Assembly (NCBI GenBank): GCA_965216785.1
Contig: OZ244197.1
Location: 864,001 to 928,000 of the forward strand
Direction of reading: 5' to 3'
Length of the DNA stretch: 64,000 nt
Source of the DNA: Thermodesulfobacteriota bacterium
GTDB lineage: Bacteria > Desulfobacterota_D > UBA1144 > Nemesobacterales > UBA2774
The notes beneath the pieces were generated by a model, which had not been told where the DNA came from, did no database searches, and worked only from the letters and a program-made list of their open reading frames with translations. The position numbers were made by a program, and so were the translations under genes. This document shows positions 49,095 to 59,296 of the stretch, piece after piece. Position 1 is the first letter of the stretch. Each line of letters begins with the position of its first letter.

Positions 49095-50624
49095 TTGCAG
49101 CTGGATTACAACAAAATATCTGCATCATCATATAAAGATATGCCTTTTCCCACAGAAGACATAGAACAATTCGTTAGAGCCGGGTACCCGATACTGAACC
49201 TAGTTTCCTGGGAAGAGGAGCGGGTACAAAATAGCCTTAAATCAATCGGAGTCAAAGTCCACGGGGATAACTGCAAATTTTACGTGTGGTCTTGCACCGA
49301 GGGGGCCAATAACGGTCACGGCAGTGTAAATAAGGAAGACCTTGTTGTAGAAGCTCTTTCTAAGGTTGCGGAAGATACGGGCCCCGGGTTTTATATATTC
49401 AAGGATGTTCATTATTATCTCGGCGAGCCAAGGCTTATAAGAAAGCTCAAAGACCTATATCAGAGCCTAAGAAAAAGCTCAAAGACCCTATTTTTATTGT
49501 CAAACTCCGTATCGCTTCCAAACGAGCTGGAAAAAGAGGTATCGGTTATCGATGTCGACCTGCCTGACCGGCCCGAAACGGAAAAGATTTTCGATTTCGT
49601 CATTAAATCCTCTACGTCGGAAAGTATCCGCGAGTCGCTTAAACCCGGTATGCGCGAGGCCAGTATTAATGCTCTATTGGGTCTTGGGGCGCTCGAAATG
49701 GAGCTTGCTCTCCGTAGAGCGCTCGTAGGCAAAGAGAGCATGGATGAGGATACGATAGATGCCCTGCTCGAGGAAAAAGCCCAGCTCGTCAGAAAGACGG
49801 GTACTCTAGATTTTGTAAGGAGCCGTGTGGACATAGATGATGTCGGTGGGCTTGAGAACCTAAAAGAGTGGCTATACACAAGGCGTATGGCGTTTTCAAA
49901 GGAGGCCCAGGAGTTCGGACTCGACATTCCCAAAGGCGTGCTTCTCATGGGCATAAGCGGCTGCGGTAAAAGCCTCTGCGCAAAAGCCATCGCCACAGCG
50001 TGGAGTCTTCCTCTCCTCAGGCTCGATTTAAACCAGGTATACAGCGAAACGTTCGGAAGCCCTGAAGAGGCGTTTCGAAGAGCGATAAAAACAGTTGAGG
50101 CAACTGCGCCGTGTGTACTGTGGATCGATGAGATAGAGGCAGGTATCACGAGGAGCGGAGAGAAATCAGGGGACAGCCCCACATCGAGAATATTCGGGTA
50201 CTTCCTGACTTGGATGCAGGAAAAGAAATACCCTGTATTTATTACCGCCACCGCAAACCAAATCGATCTGCTTCCACCCGAGGTACTAAGGAAGGGCAGG
50301 TTCGATGAGATTTTCTTCGTCACACTACCGAACAGAAAGGAGCGAAGGGAGATTTTCAAGATTCACCTTGAGAGCCGCGGTAAGGACCCCGAGCACTTTG
50401 ATCTTGACTCACTGGCCAAAAATTCAGAAGGCTACAGCGGCGCGGAGATAGAGCAGGCCGTAGTATCAGCGCTCTTTGAATCCTTCTCGAATAAAAGAGA
50501 GCTAAACGACAGAGAGCTCATCATAGCCTCTTCGTCCATTGTTCCCCTATCCACCACTATGCGTGAGGAAATCTCCTCGCTTGAACGCTGGGCGTCCAAC
50601 AGAGCCGTCAAGGCTTCAAGGTAA
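49095..50624 (+). CDS. Ycf46-like AAA ATPase (start likely 49140)
   Basis: GISGCGKS; LWIDEIE; LRKGRFDEIFFV; N-terminal EEER and FKDVH. Confidence 0.9.
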   Translation: MQLDYNKISASSYKDMPFPTEDIEQFVRAGYPILNLVSWEEERVQNSLKSIGVKVHGDNCKFYVWSCTEGANNGHGSVNKEDLVVEALSKVAEDTGPGFYIFKDVHYYLGEPRLIRKLKDLYQSLRKSSKTLFLLSNSVSLPNELEKEVSVIDVDLPDRPETEKIFDFVIKSSTSESIRESLKPGMREASINALLGLGALEMELALRRALVGKESMDEDTIDALLEEKAQLVRKTGTLDFVRSRVDIDDVGGLENLKEWLYTRRMAFSKEAQEFGLDIPKGVLLMGISGCGKSLCAKAIATAWSLPLLRLDLNQVYSETFGSPEEAFRRAIKTVEATAPCVLWIDEIEAGITRSGEKSGDSPTSRIFGYFLTWMQEKKYPVFITATANQIDLLPPEVLRKGRFDEIFFVTLPNRKERREIFKIHLESRGKDPEHFDLDSLAKNSEGYSGAEIEQAVVSALFESFSNKRELNDRELIIASSSIVPLSTTMREEISSLERWASNRAVKASR

Positions 50625-50729
50625 GCTAATTTTTCTGCCCCGTTAAAGATTACCCGTTTTTATATTCGAACTAGCAGGTATTATTTTAATCATTCAGGAC
50701 CCGTCCTGATTCCTTGATTTATTCTCAGT

Positions 50730-50806
50730 GGGGATGTAGCTCAGCCTGGGAGAGCGCAGCGTTCGCAACGCTGAGGTCGGGGGTTCGATTCCCCTCATCT
50801 CCACCA
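50730..50806 (+). tRNA. tRNA-Ala(CGC)
   Basis: GGGGATG acceptor with G3:U70; anticodon arm CAGCG-TTCGCAA-CGCTG; CCA end. Confidence 0.96.
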
Positions 50807-50884
50807 GTTATAACAATTCACAAAACGATTTAAAATTTGTCCATCCGTGCTCTTCAATATAGTCTATAGAATAGGAGTTTAAAT

Positions 50885-51832
50885 ATGGAAAAGAGACGCT
50901 TAGGCAATACCGATTTACACGCTGCTCCACTTGTATTGGGAGGGAATGTGTTTGGTTGGACTATAGATGAACAACAGTCTTTTCGCATACTTGATGAATT
51001 TTTCGATTTAGGTTTTAACGCGATCGACTCTGCCGACGTCTACTCTCGCTGGGCAAAGGGAAACCAGGGCGGTGAGTCTGAGGAAATTATCGGCAAATGG
51101 ATGAAAGACAGGGGCAAACGGGATCAGACTCTGCTTATTACCAAAGTAGGGTGGGACATGGGCGGTGGCCATAATAACAGTAAGGACTATATTCTGGAAA
51201 TGGTAGACAATTCGCTGGCGAGGCTGCAAACAGACTATATTGACCTTTACTTTACACATATTGACGACGAAAAGACAGACGTCGAGGAGACACTTGAGGC
51301 CTACGATAGCCTAATAAAGTCAGGGAAAGTGAGGTGGATAGGTGCCTCAAACCTTTCTCATGAGAGACTGAAAGCATCGCTCCACGCAAGTGAGAGCAAG
51401 GGCCTGCCCAAATATCATGTATTTCAGCCAGAATACAATCTCTATAAGAGGCAGGGATTTGAAGAGGGCACCTCACCCGTGTGTGAAGAACACGGTTTGG
51501 GCGTTATTACGTATTTTTCCCTGGCGAGCGGTTTTCTTACAGGAAAATATAGAAGCGAAGAGGACCTCCGCAAAGGCCCGCGAGGAAGGATTGTAGAAAA
51601 ATACCTTAATGATCGGGGAAAGCGCATTTTAAAAGCATTGGATGAAATGTCTGAGAAGTATAATTCGACACATGCCGCGGTTTCTCTGGCCTGGCTGATA
51701 GCAAAACCAAATGTGACTGCGCCTATCGCAAGCGCGACCAAAGTGGAACACCTTCACTCCTTCACTGAGGCTGTGCGGATAAATCTTAGCGAAGAAGATG
51801 TTTCAAAGCTCGACGAAGCGTCAGCTTATTAA
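50885..51832 (+). CDS. Aldo/keto reductase
   Basis: LGGNVFGW; DSADVY; TKVG; IGASN; LASGFLTGKY. Confidence 0.95.
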   Translation: MEKRRLGNTDLHAAPLVLGGNVFGWTIDEQQSFRILDEFFDLGFNAIDSADVYSRWAKGNQGGESEEIIGKWMKDRGKRDQTLLITKVGWDMGGGHNNSKDYILEMVDNSLARLQTDYIDLYFTHIDDEKTDVEETLEAYDSLIKSGKVRWIGASNLSHERLKASLHASESKGLPKYHVFQPEYNLYKRQGFEEGTSPVCEEHGLGVITYFSLASGFLTGKYRSEEDLRKGPRGRIVEKYLNDRGKRILKALDEMSEKYNSTHAAVSLAWLIAKPNVTAPIASATKVEHLHSFTEAVRINLSEEDVSKLDEASAY

Positions 51833-51841
51833 TCGTCTGGA

Positions 51842-51866
51842 GTTCGATTCCCCTCATCTCCACCAG
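51842..51866 (+). repeat. Duplicated tRNA-Ala 3' end (attR-like)
   Basis: 25-bp exact copy of 50783-50807: gttcgattcccctcatctccaccag. Confidence 0.92.
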
Positions 51867-51958
51867 CCTTCATTAAACTTGACTTACACTTTTCCAAAGG
51901 GACTTTTATGGCGGTAAAAGATAATGGGTTTAATTTATTGAAACCTGGAAAGAATATC

Positions 51959-52507
51959 TCAGTACGAAATACCGGCAACGTGTTTTTTACAGCTCTTAGA
52001 GATGTCACCATCAAACGCAAGCAGCTCTTCATGCATACCAAGGCTTGTGGAAAGATATTTATTTGCCAGGACAACAAGTTTCTCGCTTTCATCTACAAGC
52101 TCAATCGGCTCGCTCTCTTCACCTTCGTATTTGCCCAGATATATACCAAGCGCCCTCTCTATGTTTCGAGCGCTCTCGGTGTATGTGTTCACCGACTTAA
52201 CTAACATTTGATGCGGCTCTTCCATCGACTCCGGCACGTATATATCTTCAAGTTCTTTTCTTACCTCATTAAAAGCGTCTTCTGCGGCTTTACTTGCTTC
52301 AAATATTACCGTTTCATCTTCGTTTATAAGTATTTCCCCGTACTTAAAGCTTATTGAATGTAGCTGTGTATATATACTAACAATCTCACAGCGGTATTGC
52401 AGAGCGTCCGCCTTTTCACCGAGCGATACGCCCTCTGCTGCAAAGGAAACTCCCGGCAGCATCAGCATCAATATAAATAGTTTCTTTATTGTAGATAAAA
52501 TTTTCAT
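51959..52507 (-). CDS. Hypothetical secreted helical protein
   Basis: Signal peptide ending SFA-AE; acidic helical body. Confidence 0.7.
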   Translation of the reverse strand: MKILSTIKKLFILMLMLPGVSFAAEGVSLGEKADALQYRCEIVSIYTQLHSISFKYGEILINEDETVIFEASKAAEDAFNEVRKELEDIYVPESMEEPHQMLVKSVNTYTESARNIERALGIYLGKYEGEESEPIELVDESEKLVVLANKYLSTSLGMHEELLAFDGDISKSCKKHVAGISY

Positions 52508-52662
52508 TTTAGACCCACACAGCTTATGATTACTTTTCCGTGTATTAAGATGCTCAATATATCTGTAGACAGGATTTTTACTACGCTCACATCCCTATGT
52601 CCGGCTAACCTCCGCCCTTTCCGACCTACTTTAAGTATACGTCTGATGTAATAAATGTGTTA

Positions 52663-52770
52663 GTTACGATCTAATTCGATAGGGGGAAATGACCCGTTGG
52701 TATAGCGGAACCGATCTTGAGAAGGACCGGCTCGGGTTCTATATGAACGACCAGCGGTGTAGATTGTAAT
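52663..52770 (+). ncRNA. Candidate structured RNA, unassigned
   Basis: Nested stems with G-U pairs favouring the + strand and a GAGA tetraloop. Confidence 0.4.
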
Positions 52771-52836
52771 AGATTTGAATTTGTGCTATAAGAAAATATA
52801 TATTCACGCATACTTACGCTGATTCTATAGCTCACA

Positions 52837-54435
52837 TTGTGCGTAACTTATGAGCCTAGTAAGCAAATTGAAAGGGGGATTTATATGAATAAGTTGAGAG
52901 TTCTGCTCGTTTTAGCCGGACTATTAGTTTTAGCGGGCTGCGACGAGAACAATAATTTCTTTGTAACAGAGAATAACGCCCGAGTTGAAACGGCGCCCAA
53001 CGACAGCGCTCCTTTAGTAAGGGTACTAAAACTGGAAACCCCGGAGGCTACAAGAGTGAGGCTGAATATTACCCAAGGTAAAGATTCCTGGGTGATAGAG
53101 TTTGATGAATTAAGCACTATACATTCGCTCCCGGTGTTGGGACTTCGTTCTGGCAAGCTGCACAGTGTTTTAGTGAGCGCTTTTGATGAAGAAGGAAAGA
53201 GAGTGTCGGAGCGGGTTATAGAAATTATGGCCGACGCCTTGCCCGAAGACTTCCCTCAACTCAGCACAACTAGCAATCCGGAGCTTATGGAGCCCGGTGT
53301 AACTTTGTTTGAAGCAGGAGGTTTTCTTATAGCCGTTGACGAGACTGGCGAGGTCGTTTGGTACTACAGAATACCTTCTCCAGGCAGTCTGGACAGAGAT
53401 CTGAGGAGGATGGCAAACGGCAATCTGCTTTTATTATTACCCCCGTTCAGGATGATGGAAATTGACATGCTGGGTAATACAATAAGAAGTTGGCATGCAG
53501 CAAGATCGACAGAAGGAGACGAAGGGAGTATACCGGTTGATGTCGCTGCGTTTCATCACGAAGTGTTCGCGATGGAGTCAGGCAACTTTTTGGTTCTCAG
53601 TCTTGAGCTTAGGGAATTTGAGGATTACCCATCAAGTGCAGAAGACCCGGAAGCCCCTACAGACAACGCCTTAGTGGTTGGGGATGTTATAGTCGAGTTC
53701 ACCCCGGAAGGTACTATAGTAAATGAGTGGTTCCTCCTTGATATACTGGACCCTTTTAGAATTAATTACAGCTCTCTACTCGGTATTTGGGATCAATTCT
53801 TCAGTGATACCCAGGGGGTAATTCCTCCAACGAGAGATTGGTCGCACGCAAACGGAGTGATTCATGACACGAGAGACGACTCACTCATAGTTTCCCTGCG
53901 CCATCAGGACGCGGTAGTTAAAATTAAAAGGCAAACGGGCGAGCTAGTTTGGATTCTTGGCCCTCATGAGAACTGGGATGTAGATGAGTTCGGCGAATTT
54001 CTTTTAAACCCCGTAGGTGATGACGAATTCTTTTTTCAATATCATCAGCACGCACCTATGATTACCAAAGAAGGGAATATCATCCTATTCGATAACGGCA
54101 ATAACAGGGCGAGCCCTTTTGAACCGATTATAGTAGACAATATATTCAGCAGGGCCGTTGAGTATAGTATCGACGAATCATCGCTCGATGTGGATTTAGT
54201 GTGGGAGTCAACAGGTTTTAGTGAAGAGGTGATTTTCGCTGGGTTTTTAGGTGATGCCGATTGTCTTCCTCAAACAGGCAATGTGCTCATTACGTTCGGC
54301 GGCAAGCTGCCGGCTAGCATAGTAGAGGTAACGCGGGATATTCCAGCGGTGGAAGTCTTTAAAATTGATATTACTAACAGTGAAGGAAGCGTTTTTACAT
54401 ACAGGGCCGAGAGGCTGCCGAGCCTTTATCCCTAG
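52837..54435 (+). CDS. Aryl-sulfate sulfotransferase (ASST) lipoprotein (start likely 52885)
   Basis: LAGC lipobox; FHHE; DWSHANG; SLRHQ; QH; FDNG; YRAER. Confidence 0.92.
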   Translation: MCVTYEPSKQIERGIYMNKLRVLLVLAGLLVLAGCDENNNFFVTENNARVETAPNDSAPLVRVLKLETPEATRVRLNITQGKDSWVIEFDELSTIHSLPVLGLRSGKLHSVLVSAFDEEGKRVSERVIEIMADALPEDFPQLSTTSNPELMEPGVTLFEAGGFLIAVDETGEVVWYYRIPSPGSLDRDLRRMANGNLLLLLPPFRMMEIDMLGNTIRSWHAARSTEGDEGSIPVDVAAFHHEVFAMESGNFLVLSLELREFEDYPSSAEDPEAPTDNALVVGDVIVEFTPEGTIVNEWFLLDILDPFRINYSSLLGIWDQFFSDTQGVIPPTRDWSHANGVIHDTRDDSLIVSLRHQDAVVKIKRQTGELVWILGPHENWDVDEFGEFLLNPVGDDEFFFQYHQHAPMITKEGNIILFDNGNNRASPFEPIIVDNIFSRAVEYSIDESSLDVDLVWESTGFSEEVIFAGFLGDADCLPQTGNVLITFGGKLPASIVEVTRDIPAVEVFKIDITNSEGSVFTYRAERLPSLYP

Positions 54436-54552
54436 CGACTGTAAATTGGGGTCATTTGGTAGATGTCCAGGCCATTACTTCAAAGAAAGAGGTTTGTATC
54501 AGGTATAAGTTCTGTGCTTGCTTAGTACAGTAATCTTAAGTCGATTGTTGTC

Positions 54553-56178
54553 CTAAGCCCTGATTTCAAGGGGAGCATCAGCTACAGGCTCATCGATGAT
54601 GATAGAGCTGTCAGAAAGCTCTTTATGCGCCTTCCCATTGTGCTTCTTAGCCGTCTCCGATTTTAGGTACGCATATGGGTCGTGGTAATAAGCTCTCTCC
54701 GGCAGGTATTCCCACAGCGGGCCCAGATCCTTTTTCATCATATTTATATAAAATTCCGGAATCACCGTTGTCTCTTGTTCAAAGAAGTCTCTGAATTTTC
54801 TGTCCTCATCCAGCATCCTTCTGATGTTTTTATAGAACTTTATCCTTCCTGAACCCTCTGTGGATATTGCTCTCATAAAATTCATCCAGCGGGGGATCCT
54901 GGTCCTGGTCGTGCGGAATCTGTTATAGATAGCGCGCCAGGAGTATGAGTACTGTGCCAGATCGATTATCAGGTCATAAAACTCGGGCCATGAATAATTT
55001 TTTGGTATGACATTAGACGCGTGGTTGTTATTAAGAAAATGGAACGGGAACCCAAGCACCCTATTTTCTTTCTGATATTCCAGATTGAGAGGTGCGGCTC
55101 TCCCAAACGCCGTAATCAGCGGGTATGCGGGAAAAGCTGCCGGTGCCATATCCACGAACCGCTTAGTCAGCTCATAAGACTCGGCTCCGTTATCGCTATC
55201 CAGTCCTACAACAAAGTTTGTCTGCATGTACGGAATATAGCTCAGGATTAAGTTTATATGCTCTGATACCGCCTTAACTTTTTCAATTCCCTGCTTGGCT
55301 CCGGTTTTTGATTTATTCCCCATGTCGAACCAGGACTCAATTCCCGGAAGAAGGGCTTGAAAACCGTTTTCACGCAGGCGCTTTAGGTGGGGCTCAGACA
55401 GAAGTGAAAGACTGCTCTCCGCAATAAAATCGATGCTGTTTTTGGGTACTGCTTCTTCTATTACGTTCATATAGTCATCAAACCGGACCCCGAAGTTCGG
55501 ATCGTACCAGCTAACGAGCGGCCGCTTTATTTTTGTTCGTACGAAGCGCAGGTCTTCTTTAAGCGCCTCAAATTCAAGAGGCTGATAAGCTTCGCTTGCG
55601 TCTATACAAAAGCTGCAAGTGTAGGGGCATCCAAGACTCCCGATCATAGGGACGACTCTGAAAAGGGATGTGGCTTTTTCAAGCGCTTTGGCAATATACT
55701 TCCAGCGCTCCGTCACCCCCGGAAGAGTTGTAGGCTGGCTCTTTGCGGCAAGGTGCTGGCCGATCGGACTGTAGTGTGAGCAGTCCTGAAGCACTTCCCG
55801 GCATATCTCCTTGTCCGTAAGCCCGAGCACGTAATCAAAATACTTGACGGCGTCCTCCGGATAACACCGGGCATGCGGTCCTCCTAGTACAGTGACAACT
55901 CCGTGTTTCCTATATTTGGCGCTTAGGGCATAAGCTTGAATAGCTGACTGTGTGAACGCGCTTATGAATACTATGTCCACATCTTTTGGAACATCGGTCA
56001 CAAGGTTCTCAAAACCCGTATATATGAAATAATCTACGTCATGACCTTCGGCTTCAGACCATGTGGCTATGACCTGAGGCATAATACCCGCCATGTTGGC
56101 GTGCATTACGCGCGACCACATAGAACGGTTAGGGGATTTCGTAATAAAGTCTACTACGCCGACCCTGAGTTTTCGCAT
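54553..56178 (-). CDS. B12-binding radical SAM protein
   Basis: LGGPH cobalamin-domain motif; GCPYTCSFC; GIES. Confidence 0.9.
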   Translation of the reverse strand: MRKLRVGVVDFITKSPNRSMWSRVMHANMAGIMPQVIATWSEAEGHDVDYFIYTGFENLVTDVPKDVDIVFISAFTQSAIQAYALSAKYRKHGVVTVLGGPHARCYPEDAVKYFDYVLGLTDKEICREVLQDCSHYSPIGQHLAAKSQPTTLPGVTERWKYIAKALEKATSLFRVVPMIGSLGCPYTCSFCIDASEAYQPLEFEALKEDLRFVRTKIKRPLVSWYDPNFGVRFDDYMNVIEEAVPKNSIDFIAESSLSLLSEPHLKRLRENGFQALLPGIESWFDMGNKSKTGAKQGIEKVKAVSEHINLILSYIPYMQTNFVVGLDSDNGAESYELTKRFVDMAPAAFPAYPLITAFGRAAPLNLEYQKENRVLGFPFHFLNNNHASNVIPKNYSWPEFYDLIIDLAQYSYSWRAIYNRFRTTRTRIPRWMNFMRAISTEGSGRIKFYKNIRRMLDEDRKFRDFFEQETTVIPEFYINMMKKDLGPLWEYLPERAYYHDPYAYLKSETAKKHNGKAHKELSDSSIIIDEPVADAPLEIRA

Positions 56179-56440
56179 ATATCTCCTCGCATAGCGATGC
56201 AGTAGATCCGATCTGGTAATACTCAGGAAGGGCTAAGTTCAGATTGGGCTACCATTATTGGCGTACCTTAGTTCCAATAACATCCGCAACAACACTGACA
56301 CAATACACAATTTATTGCCTTTAATCAAATTGTGTTTTTCTATAAGGGGTTATATCAGCCCTTAGCAGATAATGTCAAGGAGTTTGAAGTGGGGCCGCAT
56401 TTTGATTGGTGTGTAAAGTATTGCGGCCCCGGTTTTCGTT

Positions 56441-57256
56441 TTATTTCTTAGCGGCTTCTGTGGTGTATTCATTTACGACTTGATATTGGGGATATACGAA
56501 ACTCCCCTTAGTCCAGATTGCCCACGTTGGATCAGCAATAGGTTTCAGCTTGGCGAGTGTATGATCTTCGGGCGCCTTGATTTCCACCTTAGCGTTTGTG
56601 GTTTCAACCACACCGCCGTTCCAGGGTATGGGATATTTAACTACCTTATTTGTCGTTTTGCCCTCATCTTCGCTCGTAATCAAGCCGAAGTAGTTTAAGT
56701 GGCCACCGCCGAAGTTTCCGAGCTCCGATCCTACGTCAGCAGTGGATACAATATAAGGCTTACCGTCGACCGTAAGAGTGGCAGTGAGCTTTCCGTCCTT
56801 TACGTCGGTCGTAGTCATAACGTTTGTATTCTCATCAACCGGTATTCCGATCTTCTCTGTATGCTTTCGCATCGTCGGTGAGCTGTTGAAGTATTGAACA
56901 AAGTACCTGCCCGGATAAGTAATATCCGATCCCATTACATAAGAGTCCTGTCCCGCAAGCTCTACGGTAAGGTACGTGAGCGTGTACGCCCCGAACCCTG
57001 AAGTCTGAGTAGCTTCAGGAACCGTATACATATTTATTACAACCTGTCCTTCGGGGTTTGGCTCGAGCCCCTCGGGAAGCATGGCTTTAAGCGTCTCAGG
57101 GTCGGCCTTGTAAGCCGCAATGAACATCCAGGCGTCCGTTACAAGCTGAGGGCCCGGAAGCTCCTCTGCCTGTGCGTTATTACCCATTGCAAAAGGGCTC
57201 AAAGCAATTGCCATTATAAACAAGCCAATAATTAATCTTCTAGTGATAATAGTCAT
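56441..57256 (-). CDS. Secreted acetoacetate-decarboxylase-fold protein
   Basis: Signal peptide; ADPETLKAMLPEGLEP ADC-like N-terminus. Confidence 0.6.
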   Translation of the reverse strand: MTIITRRLIIGLFIMAIALSPFAMGNNAQAEELPGPQLVTDAWMFIAAYKADPETLKAMLPEGLEPNPEGQVVINMYTVPEATQTSGFGAYTLTYLTVELAGQDSYVMGSDITYPGRYFVQYFNSSPTMRKHTEKIGIPVDENTNVMTTTDVKDGKLTATLTVDGKPYIVSTADVGSELGNFGGGHLNYFGLITSEDEGKTTNKVVKYPIPWNGGVVETTNAKVEIKAPEDHTLAKLKPIADPTWAIWTKGSFVYPQYQVVNEYTTEAAKK

Positions 57257-57337
57257 AACCCTATCTCCTTAAATTCTATTTTTGGTGATTGAAATCAACC
57301 CTTTACTATTCTAATATGACTCAGTAAGACGTTTCAA

Positions 57338-58123
57338 GTGTTTTTAAACCGAGTTTTATACGGAGGTTCAACTATGAACGCTCAGAAAGAAACCACGGGC
57401 ATTCACTATTTTACGGACAAGGGCATTGAGGTCCCGTCCGTCACCGAGGCCCAAATGCGCGAGGTGGACAGGATTGCAATTGAAGAGAGTGGTCCCAATC
57501 TATACCAGATGATGGAGAACGCCGGCAGAAACCTTGCACTAAGGGCTATTGATATGCTCGGTGATGACTGGAGTAGTTCCAATATCGTTGTGCTTGCCGG
57601 TACCGGAGGAAACGGCGGGGGAGGTATATGCGCGGGGAGACATCTGGCGAACAGAGGCGCCCGAATTAAACTTTGTGTTTCTGACACAGAAAGGTCAAAA
57701 GAGGTGACGGCATTTCAATATAAAGTCTTTCAGAATACCGGCGGGGTTGAGATCGGGCTCTCGGAACTAGAAAAAGAGTCCCCTGATCTTATCATTGATG
57801 CCATAGTCGGCTATAGCTTAAATTCAGCTCCACACGGAGCCGTGCTTAAAATGATTAACTGGGCTAACAGCTCCGGGGTTCCGGTACTTTCTTTGGATAT
57901 ACCTTCGGGAGTAGACTCCACTTCGGGTGAGTCACCTGGGAGTTTTGTTCGTGCAAGGAGCACTATGACTCTGGCACTACCAAAAACAGGACTATTACCC
58001 GAAATTACGGGTGATTTATTCCTTGCTGATATAGGTATTCCGGTTACGGTTTTTGAGAGGCTCGGGCTTAATTATAAACCTCCCTTTGATAATCGGTATC
58101 TGACAGCGCTTCTATACAAATAA
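57338..58123 (+). CDS. nnrE: NAD(P)H-hydrate epimerase (start likely 57374)
   Basis: QMREVD; MMENAG; GTGGNGGGG; IDAIVG; LDIPSG; LADIGIP. Confidence 0.9.
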   Translation: MFLNRVLYGGSTMNAQKETTGIHYFTDKGIEVPSVTEAQMREVDRIAIEESGPNLYQMMENAGRNLALRAIDMLGDDWSSSNIVVLAGTGGNGGGGICAGRHLANRGARIKLCVSDTERSKEVTAFQYKVFQNTGGVEIGLSELEKESPDLIIDAIVGYSLNSAPHGAVLKMINWANSSGVPVLSLDIPSGVDSTSGESPGSFVRARSTMTLALPKTGLLPEITGDLFLADIGIPVTVFERLGLNYKPPFDNRYLTALLYK

Positions 58124-58150
58124 AAAAGGCCGGTTTTTGTCCCGGCCTTC
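58124..58150. terminator. Hairpin after nnrE, likely terminator
   Basis: aaggccgg-loop-ccggcctt between convergent genes. Confidence 0.55.
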
Positions 58151-58392
58151 GTTACTTACTAATTGTTTGTCACAATACTATAAAAAGATAAGGAGAATTT
58201 CACAATCACCCTCCAATCCTCCAAATCAAGCTTGAAGAAAGGTCAATTGACTACACCTTTTATTGTTGTACAAATTGTTAAGTATGTCAAGATCTTTTAA
58301 ATCTTAATTTAGCAAACTTGGGTGGTTTTACATGCTTTTAGGTTAATAGAATGATAAAAACTAAAGGATTTTTCCGAAAAACGAGTCTCAGA

Positions 58393-59007
58393 TTAGGCTT
58401 TTTCACCCTGATAGACAAACGCGGGGGGTACGTTGCTCCAGATGATCTTACTTTGCGTTACTTTATCAAAGCGCGCATTCAGCTTCTGCCTGAAACGCCA
58501 GGCAGCGGGGAATATGAGTCCCGGTACATAAGCGTATGTAAAAAACTTTCCGCCCGGATGAAGCACATCATAAATCGTATCAATAAGCTCTTGCTGAGTG
58601 TCACCGTCAAAGGTTAACCACGGCAGGCTGCTCAATATTCTGTCACAACCACTCTCGCCATGCATCTCAAGGTGCTTTCTTGCGTTCTGCGCCGGTGATT
58701 GGTATACGATCGCATCCGGACACCTTGTTTTTGTAGCTTCTACAAAAGCCTCATTAATCTCAAGCGCGAAGAAAGTCGTATCGGGCGATTTCTTCTGCAT
58801 CACCTTTTCTGTTATAACCCCGGTTCCGGGGCCGAACTCTATTACTGTTGAAACCTTATCGAGCTCCGCAATTTCCGTCATAAGCTCGCAAAGCTTATCA
58901 CTCGAGGGGAGTATCGCACCTGTTTTTGTCGGGTGTGTAATGAATTGGGTTACGAATTTAATACTGTGTTCCAGATCCGTTACATTCTCAGGGCTTGTTC
59001 TCTTCAT
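58393..59007 (-). CDS. Class I SAM methyltransferase, PmtA-like phospholipid N-methyltransferase
   Basis: TGAILPSS; EFGPGTGVIT; SSLP; NVPPAFVY. Confidence 0.88.
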   Translation of the reverse strand: MKRTSPENVTDLEHSIKFVTQFITHPTKTGAILPSSDKLCELMTEIAELDKVSTVIEFGPGTGVITEKVMQKKSPDTTFFALEINEAFVEATKTRCPDAIVYQSPAQNARKHLEMHGESGCDRILSSLPWLTFDGDTQQELIDTIYDVLHPGGKFFTYAYVPGLIFPAAWRFRQKLNARFDKVTQSKIIWSNVPPAFVYQGEKA

Positions 59008-59296
59008 TTTAAGTAGCTTCCAGTCGCAGCAAAACGCTTGTGTGTGAAGAACCGTTTAGCAGCTTTTATGTATTGTTGAAGATATTTTATACACCGCGCA
59101 TGTTAAAAGTCAATTAATTCCGTGTTAAGAACCTGCGCTCTGTATTCGTTCGCGATAATGAGAGAATATTTCAAATAATATGAGTTTCAAGGGTTGGACG
59201 AAAAATTTTGACAAACCGCGGTTGTATATTTAGAATGCATAGGTCTCATTCAAAGACTCTTAAGCCTGTATTTATCATATAAGCTGACACTGAATA

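Noticed and set aside
49460-50359. 299-aa antisense ORF
   Set aside because: Shadow of the AAA ATPase, with Ser-rich composition and no recognisable motifs. The same applies to the other short overlapping ORFs in the track.
52837-54435. ASST as a partner of the island sulfotransferase/FAS cluster
   Set aside because: It lies more than 24 kb away, outside the island, is PAPS-independent, and I saw no shared operator.
58160-58215. Possible 14-aa peptide on the minus strand with a GGAGG RBS
   Set aside because: Too short to support without conservation data.
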